From an uncultured archaeon (GTDB taxonomy: Archaea > Thermoplasmatota > Penumbrarchaeia > JASLWR01): DNA of 46,505 bases. The stretch spans positions 1 through 46,505 of the forward strand of contig CAYSHM010000026.1 in NCBI GenBank assembly GCA_964430885.1, read 5' to 3'. The position numbers were made by a program, and so were the translations under genes. This document shows, piece by piece, positions 31,601 through 39,831 of the stretch; positions within the stretch are counted from its first letter, which is position 1, and each line of letters begins with the position of its first letter. The notes under the pieces are model-generated. The model ran no database searches and had not been told where the DNA came from. It worked only from the letters and a program-made list of their open reading frames with translations.

Positions 31601-34600
31601 TGAAGAAGAAGATCGAGGACCCTACTGCTGGAGAATGGATAATTCCAATGGGCTCAGGGACAACAACCAGAACGAACTGATCCTCCATATAGGGCTTGAT
31701 GCTGGTGAGGAAGGGGAAGTCACAGATCTGACCCTGGATTTCGCTTCAGAGATATATGGGAACTGCGATCCAATGCCCCCCATGTTCGATTCCGAAGACG
31801 ATGCGCATTTTGACGGTTTGGCAGTAAGTGTGAATGGTATAAACTGGTACAAAGTTTGGTCGCCACCGAACTCTGCAGAGTGGTACTTGCATGAAAATTT
31901 CGATCTATTGGATATACTGCCCAATAACAGCGTGGATCCCCAAGAGGATCTTTATTTAAAATTTATGCAGTATGGAAGCGGAGCTATCCCTGACGAAGGT
32001 ATGCTATGGGATGAGGTCACTCTAAGATCCAATGCCGAGGTAGAGTTCCTTTTCGAGGTTCCCTCCCTGCATGTATCTATGGATACCGATCCGGAAGATC
32101 CTTTCAGAATATATGCCGAAGGACAGGGTGAACCGGACGAGGCAAATGTGACAATAAATATAGATGGATTGGGCGGTGCTTATTTTGGAGATACAAGGGC
32201 AGATCCCATTTTTTATGAGTTCACGAACTGTAATAAGACAGGAAGGGAAGGTCCTAATCAATCCCAAGTGAATAATTCATACACCGGAACCACCCTTGAA
32301 GGGACGGTAACCTCCAACAACGGAATACAGACCTGGACTGTCCCTGACGGCGGTTTATATTTGATCGAGACCTGGGGTGCTCAGGGAGGACAGAAAAATG
32401 GAAATCCCAATGGAGGAAAAGGAGCGAGATTACAAGGTGAATTTGAACTTGAAGAGGGTGACCAGATCAGCATAATGGTTGGGCAGATTGGAGGCTGCAA
32501 TGCGCCATGGGGCGGTGGTGGAGGTGGCGGAACCTTCGTTGTCAACAACAATGATCTTCTGATAGCTGCTGGTGGAGGAGGAGGCATCGATACTACTAGT
32601 AATGATGTAGATGCAACGCATAATGAACAAGCCTTTGACGGGTTTTCTTACTGTGGGAACTGTGCTGCCAGAGCCGGTTCACCGGGTCATGGTGGTACCA
32701 CTGATTCAGGTCATATGCAGTGTGCCGGAGCGGGAGCGGGATGGCTCTCTGATGGTGCAGATGCGTATAGTAACTGTGGAAGCGCAACCGGAGGAGACTG
32801 TTTTTCGAATGGCGGTCGAGGAGGATGGGGCAGTTGTTATCACGGACAAAACGGACGGCATGAGGGCGGATTCGGCGGTGGAGGAGGAGGAGGCTGTGGA
32901 GGTGCAGGTGGCGGCGGAGGTTATACAGGAGGCGGTGGTTCCTGGGGCGACGGGAATGGAGGAGGTGGAGGTTCGTTCAATAGTGGAGAAAACACCGAAG
33001 GAGAGAGCGGTGTTCAGGAAGGTCATGGAAAGGCGGTATTGACGTATATGGGTGGTGGAGATCCCGCTGCAACAGAAGTGCGTCTTACCTACAATAGAGC
33101 CAATGGGATAGTTATTGATAACGATCCTGGTATCACAGAAATATCATGGTCCTCAGCTGATGTCAACCCTGAAGATGATGCTGTTTTTATTGGTGACGAA
33201 TTCGAAGTGAATTTCTCCATATCCAATCCTGAAGGTTTTGCAGGAGAGATAGGCACGTTCACACTTGAGTACGTATCCTGGGATAACGATCTGGTCCAAA
33301 TGGAATTGGAATCACCATACCTTCGGATCCAGGAATTCTCTCATGCTGATTTCAGTGAGGATTCCATGTTCATAGCCAATAATCACGGGCAGATACCGGG
33401 TCAGGAGAACCTTATCACCCTGGCATCCTACGATGATCTACAGCCTCCCGGCGAGATGATACCCCAGGAATTCCATAACTGGATACTGGACTTCCCGACT
33501 GTGGATGATGTATGGCTTGAAGATACACCTGAAAGTCATCAGAAATATCTGCATATCGAAGGTGGGGAACCGGGTGATGAAGGTACCATCACCGTTACCC
33601 ACGGCGCTGCTAGGGGAACGGGTGATACCTTTGTTCTGCCGATAACCCTGACATCAGGTCCTGCCAGCGCGGCCACGGTTACAGCTTTGGATACATATAT
33701 GTACAGTATGACAGACATACTCACCGTAGCAGTTGAGGATAACTTCGGCAATTCAGCAGTAGACTGGACAGGAAATATGTATATCCGTCTTGACGCTGGT
33801 GAAGTCGATTTCTCGGCTGAGGTTGAAGTAGAGGACGACGGTGGTCCCTACGACGGCTGGCTATACTATGAGTTCACACCGGCTGACATGGCGCTGCATA
33901 CTTTCTTCATCACCCCGTGGACATACATGGGGGACGGCGATACCATAATCCATTTCGAGACAGTTGGAGGACTAAGCGCCGATATTTCGTTGGATGTGGA
34001 TGCAGGGCCGGTCCATCACCTTCTGGTCACACCGGACTGGGATGAGATGGGTGTTGCACCGAGACCCGAGAACTACATCTATGCAGGCGAGACCCTTTAT
34101 CTTGACGTCCAGGCGGTTGACATGGGCGACCATGTGTCAACCACGTACACTGCGCCCATAATTGCTGAACATAATTCTCCTGCAACGGGTGAACTGGAAC
34201 CTGAACCCTGGCAGGCAGAAGCATCTACTATCACCCTTGAGATGATAGACGGGTTGATAACCGGAGCCGACCAGTTGACTGAGTTCGTATTCTATCAGGC
34301 CACGGAGAACCTGGAGATCAGCATGAAGTCAGGCATCAATCATGCCGTGAACGGCAGGCTAGATCTGGAGGTCAGGGCCGGGCCGTTGGCAGAGCTGACG
34401 CCTATACCTGATCCATCTACCATGGATGCTCTGCATGGGGCCGACGGTCATCTTCTGATCCCTGTAAGCGGGACTCAATTCTTCGATGTTCTGGCCTTTG
34501 ACGAATGGAGTAATCCTGTTGCGGAGTTCGATATCACAGATTGGGATGCTGATGAAATTATCGGTATGATGGACGAGGCTGAATTCCAGGCAGTGGACTA

Positions 34601-35813
34601 CTTCAGTCTACTGGATAATCCAGGAATCAAAGAAGGTGAGTATTCCTACATGGATGGAATGGTCTATATCACAGCTGAGGACACTGATGAGTTCCTTGAG
34701 GGCGAGGTCACCCTGCAGATACCCGTTAGAGTGTTCAACAGGCTGAATGTCTGGCTTGTGGATGAGGAGATAGGGGCCACCGAGTTCCTTCTGGACACGC
34801 CCTTCGAACTCCGGCTGCCAGTCCATTACAAGACTCCGGCTGCCTCTTTCCCTGACAACCTGCAGCTCTTGGTCAAATGCTCGGTATATCATGAGGTCAA
34901 CATTCAGGGTGAACCTCAGGGTGAAGAGCATGTGATCCATACCAGCGGAGCCCCCAACGGAACCTTCCGCCTTCTATATCTGCATTCGGACCAGGAAGGA
35001 GTGAAGGAATACGGGGCTCTCATACCCTTTGAGAGCATGGCAAATGCCCTGAACTACGATAATGAGAACGGAGATAACTTGAACTACCTCAAGGTCGAGA
35101 TAATCGATATTGCCGGTGGTGCTGATATGAGTGACTTCCAGTGGAATGCTGATGATGATTCGGTACTGATCGAGCTCCATGCAGTAGCAGCCCCGCCTGC
35201 ATCAGAGACTCCGTCCTTTGCACCTGCAATGGCCATAATGGTATTAGCTCTACTAGGTGGAGCCGTCATCTCCACTCTGTATTCCCATGGAAAGGAAAAG
35301 GGACGCAAGAGAAAGGACGAGGACGGTGTATCACCGGTCATTGCTATCATCCTTATGGTGGCCATAACCATCGTTCTTGCCGGTGTTCTCTGGCTCTGGG
35401 TATCGGGACTTGTAGATACGCAGAAGAGCAACGATATCGAGTATGTTGATACTGCCTGGGAAAGCCCGACTCTTCAGAACGACTACCAGCTCATCATCGA
35501 GAACGTGAAGGACAAAGAATTCTCTGTTGAAGACCTGGAGTTCTCACTAATGGACGGGAACAAAGTGGACAAAAGCATGGGTCAGCATAAGGTGACCGCA
35601 ATCTACGGCAAATCCATCGACAACGAAACCATTGTTTCCTTCCATGACGGGGACCATGACGGATATCTGTCTACTGGCGACCGGTTCATCATCAAGAGCG
35701 AGGACCACGAGGACTATGACGGCAGTGCGGATCCAGGTGAAGCTAGGGCAGGATACTACTTCGCTCTGAAGACCAAGGACAACGAGCTGTTCGAGGTGCA
35801 GATAGAGCAATAG
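28695..35813 (+). CDS. Adhesin-pilin polyprotein paralog 5 (2372 aa) with four ALK/LTK-type glycine-rich domains
   Basis: Gly-rich domains at about 29030-29735, 29790-30575, 30735-31570 and 32210-33050; TPSF at 35208; mature pilin 35328-35810. Confidence 0.9.
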   Translation: MVEGDTNRLKKIILIVAISALVLTGIAVLIGTVFEWDNSRNITVENVVYLPNMNEVNSETDTMSYGAAVQYSDGSISSLGYSLERIKNSDKESSDEKIELDGESTRAVPNEGDSWDFSYTGSAQEWEIPANGIYKLEVWGAEGGSTNYAAGKGGYACGDYEFINVDSIFVYVGEKGTTIPGCDTTGGGGWNGGGDGSTWNCGEHYGGGGGGTDIRNEGGNWDSQLGLDSRIIVAGGGGGATNNGNCTGGAGGGLTGGNAGGNYGAGIGGTQNNGGQNNGTFGKGGSCNNTWSMGWVGGGGGGWYGGGHGNAHGGGGGGSSYYGDLENSGTQSGQNSGHGKAKITLIELGSGGPSDYGNEYEEGSGESYVFTNCSQSGRYGPNQGQVNSEYAGSNLAGLVNVYTQGIQEWTVPETNTYIIESWGARGGAGQNRSAGNGAYIKGEFDLTQGQVLKIVVGQMGSPGSNGGGGGGSYVYTGSIGGGGLQIAAGGGGGGGYNSADGLHGAITENGSGYPYNCGYNGGTNGYGGQGGAAGGGAGWKGNGSGPGGGSRFIGGSYNGGPGGFGGGGAGTYSDNGGGGAGGYSGGACGCDGGNGYGGGGGGSFNDGDNQSGTEGQNSDHGKVKITTPPVIIGVYYHETFSDPLFGENATEFGPAWGRDSQLETGTNERAITDPGQIIVEQYTFSNCGSTGRYGPNQSDANSEYSGTSLGGEVTISTQGIQKWVVPADNTYTIEVWGASSEPQTHNYSSYTGRYGRGARMQGDFELNEGDTLQILVGQKPIQNNFNGGGGGTFVAIGQSHASADPLIIAGGGASYRVGYNYNGDWQTMIDGTTDESGNDAYGNGGDNGNGGYSNACDGPGAGFLTDAQGGCYTRAKAFRNGGVGGEYNTNGGQNGGFGGGGHGGWGGSGGGGGYSGGGAGYNNPFPPSGGGGSYNEGDNQDNDGGVNTGHGMVTITLYEDLPDPGFDAFEEEDRGPYCWRMDNSNGLRDNNQNELILHIGLDAGEEGEVTDLTLDFASEIYGNCDPMPPMFDSEDDAHFDGLAVSVNGINWYKVWSPPNSAEWYLHENFDLLDILPNNSVDPQEDLYLKFMQYGSGAIPDEGMLWDEVTLRSNAEVEFLFEVPSLHVSMDTDPEDPFRIYAEGQGEPDEANVTINIDGLGGAYFGDTRADPIFYEFTNCNKTGREGPNQSQVNNSYTGTTLEGTVTSNNGIQTWTVPDGGLYLIETWGAQGGQKNGNPNGGKGARLQGEFELEEGDQISIMVGQIGGCNAPWGGGGGGGTFVVNNNDLLIAAGGGGGIDTTSNDVDATHNEQAFDGFSYCGNCAARAGSPGHGGTTDSGHMQCAGAGAGWLSDGADAYSNCGSATGGDCFSNGGRGGWGSCYHGQNGRHEGGFGGGGGGGCGGAGGGGGYTGGGGSWGDGNGGGGGSFNSGENTEGESGVQEGHGKAVLTYMGGGDPAATEVRLTYNRANGIVIDNDPGITEISWSSADVNPEDDAVFIGDEFEVNFSISNPEGFAGEIGTFTLEYVSWDNDLVQMELESPYLRIQEFSHADFSEDSMFIANNHGQIPGQENLITLASYDDLQPPGEMIPQEFHNWILDFPTVDDVWLEDTPESHQKYLHIEGGEPGDEGTITVTHGAARGTGDTFVLPITLTSGPASAATVTALDTYMYSMTDILTVAVEDNFGNSAVDWTGNMYIRLDAGEVDFSAEVEVEDDGGPYDGWLYYEFTPADMALHTFFITPWTYMGDGDTIIHFETVGGLSADISLDVDAGPVHHLLVTPDWDEMGVAPRPENYIYAGETLYLDVQAVDMGDHVSTTYTAPIIAEHNSPATGELEPEPWQAEASTITLEMIDGLITGADQLTEFVFYQATENLEISMKSGINHAVNGRLDLEVRAGPLAELTPIPDPSTMDALHGADGHLLIPVSGTQFFDVLAFDEWSNPVAEFDITDWDADEIIGMMDEAEFQAVDYFSLLDNPGIKEGEYSYMDGMVYITAEDTDEFLEGEVTLQIPVRVFNRLNVWLVDEEIGATEFLLDTPFELRLPVHYKTPAASFPDNLQLLVKCSVYHEVNIQGEPQGEEHVIHTSGAPNGTFRLLYLHSDQEGVKEYGALIPFESMANALNYDNENGDNLNYLKVEIIDIAGGADMSDFQWNADDDSVLIELHAVAAPPASETPSFAPAMAIMVLALLGGAVISTLYSHGKEKGRKRKDEDGVSPVIAIILMVAITIVLAGVLWLWVSGLVDTQKSNDIEYVDTAWESPTLQNDYQLIIENVKDKEFSVEDLEFSLMDGNKVDKSMGQHKVTAIYGKSIDNETIVSFHDGDHDGYLSTGDRFIIKSEDHEDYDGSADPGEARAGYYFALKTKDNELFEVQIEQ

Positions 35814-35863
35814 GCGAGAAGGAATTCTTTTTAATTGGTTCTGGACTGAATATCTGCCAATTT

Positions 35864-35891
35864 GGGGCCCTTCGGGGCCCTGGTTTTTTTT
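35864..35891 (+). terminator. Hairpin + T-tract terminator
   Basis: GGGGCCC-TTCG-GGGCCCT then GG and T8. Confidence 0.85.
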
Positions 35892-35975
35892 AAATTTTTT
35901 TAATATTTGGAATTTCTTTAATTTATTTAGTTTCGTTCAATTTCTTCAAAAAACATTTTTTTGATGTATATAGGT

Positions 35976-35983
35976 TTTAAATA
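35976..35983 (+). promoter_or_regulatory. Candidate TATA box for the ABC operon
   Basis: TTTAAATA about 55 nt before ATG 36038; SD GGTGA at 36026-36030. Confidence 0.5.
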
Positions 35984-36037
35984 ATGCTCCGGTTCGGCCT
36001 GACAAATTGTTCTTATGGTAAACAGGGTGAAAGAACT

Positions 36038-36739
36038 ATGCCAATTATTGAAACGAAGAAAGTGCAAAAGATGTATGATACTGGTAAAGTAAAGGTCCAC
36101 GCACTCCGCGGTATTGATCTAACGATTAAAAAGGGAGAGATGGTCGCGGTAATGGGGCCCTCCGGATGCGGAAAGACAACTCTTCTTAACTGTCTCTCTG
36201 GATTGGATGACCTTACCAAAGGAGAGGTCCTTCTGGAAGGAAAGAACATCCATAAAATGTCGGATAACGATAGAACCGAATTCAGGGCCAAGAAAATGGG
36301 TTTTGTTTTTCAATTCTACAATCTCCTGCCAGTGCTTACCGCTCTGGAAAACATAGAACTCCCATTATTGGTATCAGGTGTAAAACCGAAAATAGCAAAG
36401 GAGAAAGCCCTGAAGGTCCTTGATCTGGTTGGACTAAAGAACTGGGCAACCCACGTACCTTCGGAACTATCCGGAGGTCAGAGACAGAGGGTCACTATCG
36501 CAAGGGCATTGGTAAACGAACCGGCTATTGTATGGGCTGATGAACCCACGGGAGATCTGGATAAAAAAACCACCAATGAAATTATGGATCTGATGTGCCG
36601 ATTGAATACCCAGAATCAGCAAACATTCGTAATCGTAACCCACGACCCCTTTGTTGCCAGACGGGCTACACGCCAGATAGAGATGGAAGACGGAAAAATA
36701 GCCAGTGATAAAACTGTCGAAGGGAGAGAATGCAAGTAG
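36038..36739 (+). CDS. ABC transporter ATP-binding protein, LolD/MacB/FtsE family
   Basis: Walker [19 protein letters not shown], signature LSGGQRQRV, Walker [17 protein letters not shown]. Start taken as MPIIETKK after GGTGA. Confidence 0.95.
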   Translation: MPIIETKKVQKMYDTGKVKVHALRGIDLTIKKGEMVAVMGPSGCGKTTLLNCLSGLDDLTKGEVLLEGKNIHKMSDNDRTEFRAKKMGFVFQFYNLLPVLTALENIELPLLVSGVKPKIAKEKALKVLDLVGLKNWATHVPSELSGGQRQRVTIARALVNEPAIVWADEPTGDLDKKTTNEIMDLMCRLNTQNQQTFVIVTHDPFVARRATRQIEMEDGKIASDKTVEGRECK

Positions 36740-36750
36740 GAGACATTCCC

Positions 36751-39700
36751 ATGAGTGTAACCAAAAAAATTGACCTGATAACTCCGCTATTCGCTATCAC
36801 CCTATTTTTTACTTTCATTGCAGCGGTGGCCATCAAACCGGGCATGACATTCTATTGGATAGTTATATTCATAGTAGTGGCTGCACTTGGAATATCGGCC
36901 ATAAATAACCTCATTATGTTCAAGATGGGTGTCAGGAACATATACCGAAGAAAGGGACATTCCGCGATCCTGATATCCGGCCTGATGATAGGTACGATAA
37001 TTATCGCTAGTTCCCTGATCGTAGGAGACACCATGGACGAGATGGTGACATCCCTGAATTACGACATATTCCACGAGGTGGATGAAGTTGTAGAGGCAAG
37101 GGATATCGATGGTTCAAGGGTTTTCTATAACCAATCCGTATATCATGAACTCCGGGAAAAAATACTGTCAATAGAAAATGTAGAAGATGTGACTGGAGAG
37201 ATACAGGAAGCAGTTTCAGTGATAAATATTGATGAGGGGCAGATAGAGCCCACATTCACCTTGATAGGCTATAACATATCATCGGGCAGTTTCGGAGAGT
37301 TCAAATCGGATGGAAAAACACTCCCCTTTGAAATCAGTGGAAGTGAGCTTTACATGGACAAGAACTCTGCTGACTCCCTCTTGGCCAAAAAGGGTAATAC
37401 TATTATGATTACAACCGCAACCGGTCAGCATATGTTCACTGTAAAGGATATAGTAGATGATGACGGCCGGACCGATTGGGTAATGGGCGGTGGTCTCTTC
37501 ATGCCCCTTAGCAGCGCTCAGAGGATATTGAATGAAACCGGCATCAACACAGCAAAGGTCACCAACAAAGGCGGAGTGGTGGGCGGTGAGAAATACTGCG
37601 ACGAGATCCAGGAGGGGATCGAGAAAATATTGGAATCCGGAGATTACGGTAATCTACAAATTACCCGAAATAAAAAAACCGAGGTCGAGGAAAGCAGAGA
37701 AGGAATATCCTCCTTTACAGACATGTTCCTTATATTCGGTTCCTTTTCGATCATTGCCGGTGTCATCCTCATAATCAATATTTTCGTGATGCTGGCAGAG
37801 GAAAGGAAATCTGAGATGGGTATGGCCAGGGCCGTAGGTATGAAAAGGATACATCTGGGCAGATCCTACCTTTATGAAGGAAGCGTGTATGCGTTCATAT
37901 CCGCATTCATCGGTGCCGTCTCCGGGATAATTGTTGCATATATTGTACTTTACTTCACAGATTCCATCATCTCGAGTGTGGGAGGAGGTATTAATTTCAG
38001 CATTATAGAAAATTTCAACTACCAGCCCATAAGCATTATCCAGGCATTTACCTTCGGCATGCTGATAACTCTGATAACCGTATCCTTTGCCTCTAAAAGG
38101 GTAAGCAAATTGAATATTGTAAGGGCGATACGGAACATTCCTGAACCCAAGATACCGAAGAAGAGCACCAGGATGCTGATCATCGGCGGGATATTGACCG
38201 CCCTTGGCCTGGCATTCATAATACTCAGCATAGCTAAACTCCAATCCTACCAGCTGGCGGCGTTCTACCTGGGAGCCTCTCTGGCAATTTTCGGCTCTGG
38301 TTTCTTGATGAGGCGCTACATGGACGATCGATGGGCTTTTACCATCGCCTGCAGTATATTATTGATAGTATGGATTATACCTGACAGATTCACCAAGGTC
38401 TCAACTTTGGTTGATGATATCGGCGACATTGAGATGTTCATACTTTCCGGTATGTTCATGGTCAGCTCAGCAGTGCTGATATTCATCTACAATTCCAAGC
38501 ATATACTTGATTTAATTCTGAAACTCTGGTCATATACAAAAAGGCCTACCGCTACCCTGAAGGCTGCCACATCCTACCCTATGAGGAACAAGTTCAGGAC
38601 TGGAATGACCATATTCATGTTTGCTCTGATCATATTCACTATTGTGGTAATGTACATGATTGTGGGGATTATGAGCTACAACATCGATAGGATCACCCAG
38701 GAACAGCTGGGCGGACTGGATATCGTAGGCACAACCAATCCAAACAACCCTATAATGGATATGTCAGGTAGTATAGAGATGAATGATAACCTCACGAGAA
38801 CAGATTTCAACTCAATTTACAACATCTATGCAGGTTATGTTGATATTGATACCTCCAACCTAAAACCTTCGCAGGGAACTACTAGCGGTGACGTGGATTT
38901 CATACCTGTTTCGGTATTCGGATTCGGTTCTAATTTTGCTAAGGAAAACAAATGGACATTTACCAAGTATCTTGACGATTACGGTTCGGAGAGAGAGGTT
39001 TGGGAGGCCGTTTATAACAACAACTCTCTTGTGATCTTGGATAATACCTTTATAACTGTAGAGGATATGGGGCCGCCAACACCTTATTCGGGACTGGGTT
39101 ACGACATAGGAAAGACCATTCAGTTGAAGAGCCCAACAGGAGAGGTCATGAACAAGACCATTGTTGGTGTTCTGGACCAATTTATATTCAATGGATTATT
39201 CGTTTCTGATAATGCGGTCAAGGAAGAAATGGGAGTTCCAATTCCTACGATCTATCTCTTCGATCTGAAGGACCCTGATAGTGCTGACAGCATTGCTAAG
39301 GACCTAGAGAGAGAATTCTCCATCAATACAATACCCCTTCGATCCACCGTAGAGCAGTTCACCAATATTATGGAACAGTTTTTCAACCTGTTCACGGGCT
39401 TCATGGCCCTGGGACTCGTGGTTGGTATTGCTGGATTAGGCATAATAACATTAAGAGCGGTCCACGAAAGAAGACTGGAGATCGGGATGCTGCGGGCCAT
39501 AGGGTTTAAAAGAAGGAACGTTACCATGGTTTTCATCCAGGAAGCGACATTTATCTGTATAGTGGGGATATTTCTGGGAGTTGTTCTGGGAATAATTGTG
39601 GGTTATAATATTTGGTATGACGGTTTCAAGGAGATGGATTATGAGTTCTATATCCCCTGGGTCAAGATACTAACAGTATCGGTGATCGCTTTTGTTTCAA

Positions 39701-39774
39701 CAGCAATTTTCACCATACCTCCAAGCTATATGGCCTCAAGAGTCGCCCCCGCTGAAGCCCTGAGATATGACTGA
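36751..39774 (+). CDS. FtsX/MacB-like ABC permease (duplicated, about 1007 aa)
   Basis: Two FtsX motifs (ERKSEMGMARAVGM and ERRLEIGMLRAIGF), many TMs, two large extracytoplasmic loops, C-terminal PAEALRYD. ATG 36751 follows AGGAGA. Confidence 0.92.
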   Translation: MSVTKKIDLITPLFAITLFFTFIAAVAIKPGMTFYWIVIFIVVAALGISAINNLIMFKMGVRNIYRRKGHSAILISGLMIGTIIIASSLIVGDTMDEMVTSLNYDIFHEVDEVVEARDIDGSRVFYNQSVYHELREKILSIENVEDVTGEIQEAVSVINIDEGQIEPTFTLIGYNISSGSFGEFKSDGKTLPFEISGSELYMDKNSADSLLAKKGNTIMITTATGQHMFTVKDIVDDDGRTDWVMGGGLFMPLSSAQRILNETGINTAKVTNKGGVVGGEKYCDEIQEGIEKILESGDYGNLQITRNKKTEVEESREGISSFTDMFLIFGSFSIIAGVILIINIFVMLAEERKSEMGMARAVGMKRIHLGRSYLYEGSVYAFISAFIGAVSGIIVAYIVLYFTDSIISSVGGGINFSIIENFNYQPISIIQAFTFGMLITLITVSFASKRVSKLNIVRAIRNIPEPKIPKKSTRMLIIGGILTALGLAFIILSIAKLQSYQLAAFYLGASLAIFGSGFLMRRYMDDRWAFTIACSILLIVWIIPDRFTKVSTLVDDIGDIEMFILSGMFMVSSAVLIFIYNSKHILDLILKLWSYTKRPTATLKAATSYPMRNKFRTGMTIFMFALIIFTIVVMYMIVGIMSYNIDRITQEQLGGLDIVGTTNPNNPIMDMSGSIEMNDNLTRTDFNSIYNIYAGYVDIDTSNLKPSQGTTSGDVDFIPVSVFGFGSNFAKENKWTFTKYLDDYGSEREVWEAVYNNNSLVILDNTFITVEDMGPPTPYSGLGYDIGKTIQLKSPTGEVMNKTIVGVLDQFIFNGLFVSDNAVKEEMGVPIPTIYLFDLKDPDSADSIAKDLEREFSINTIPLRSTVEQFTNIMEQFFNLFTGFMALGLVVGIAGLGIITLRAVHERRLEIGMLRAIGFKRRNVTMVFIQEATFICIVGIFLGVVLGIIVGYNIWYDGFKEMDYEFYIPWVKILTVSVIAFVSTAIFTIPPSYMASRVAPAEALRYD

Positions 39775-39831
39775 TCACATATATCTTAAACTTGCAAACA
39801 TTGTAGCTTTCCTTGCCGAATTGAAGGATAA

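Noticed and set aside
14233-33050. PE-PGRS, collagen or CRISPR-like repeats in the GGN-rich DNA
   Set aside because: No PE domain, no Gly-X-Y periodicity, no fixed repeat-spacer pattern; explained by glycine-rich domain coding.
4136-35810. Dozens of short overlapping or antisense ORFs inside the giant genes, including the 334-aa ORF at 19516..20520
   Set aside because: Shadows of Gly/Asp-rich coding frames with no recognisable motifs; duplicated ones simply follow the DNA repeat.
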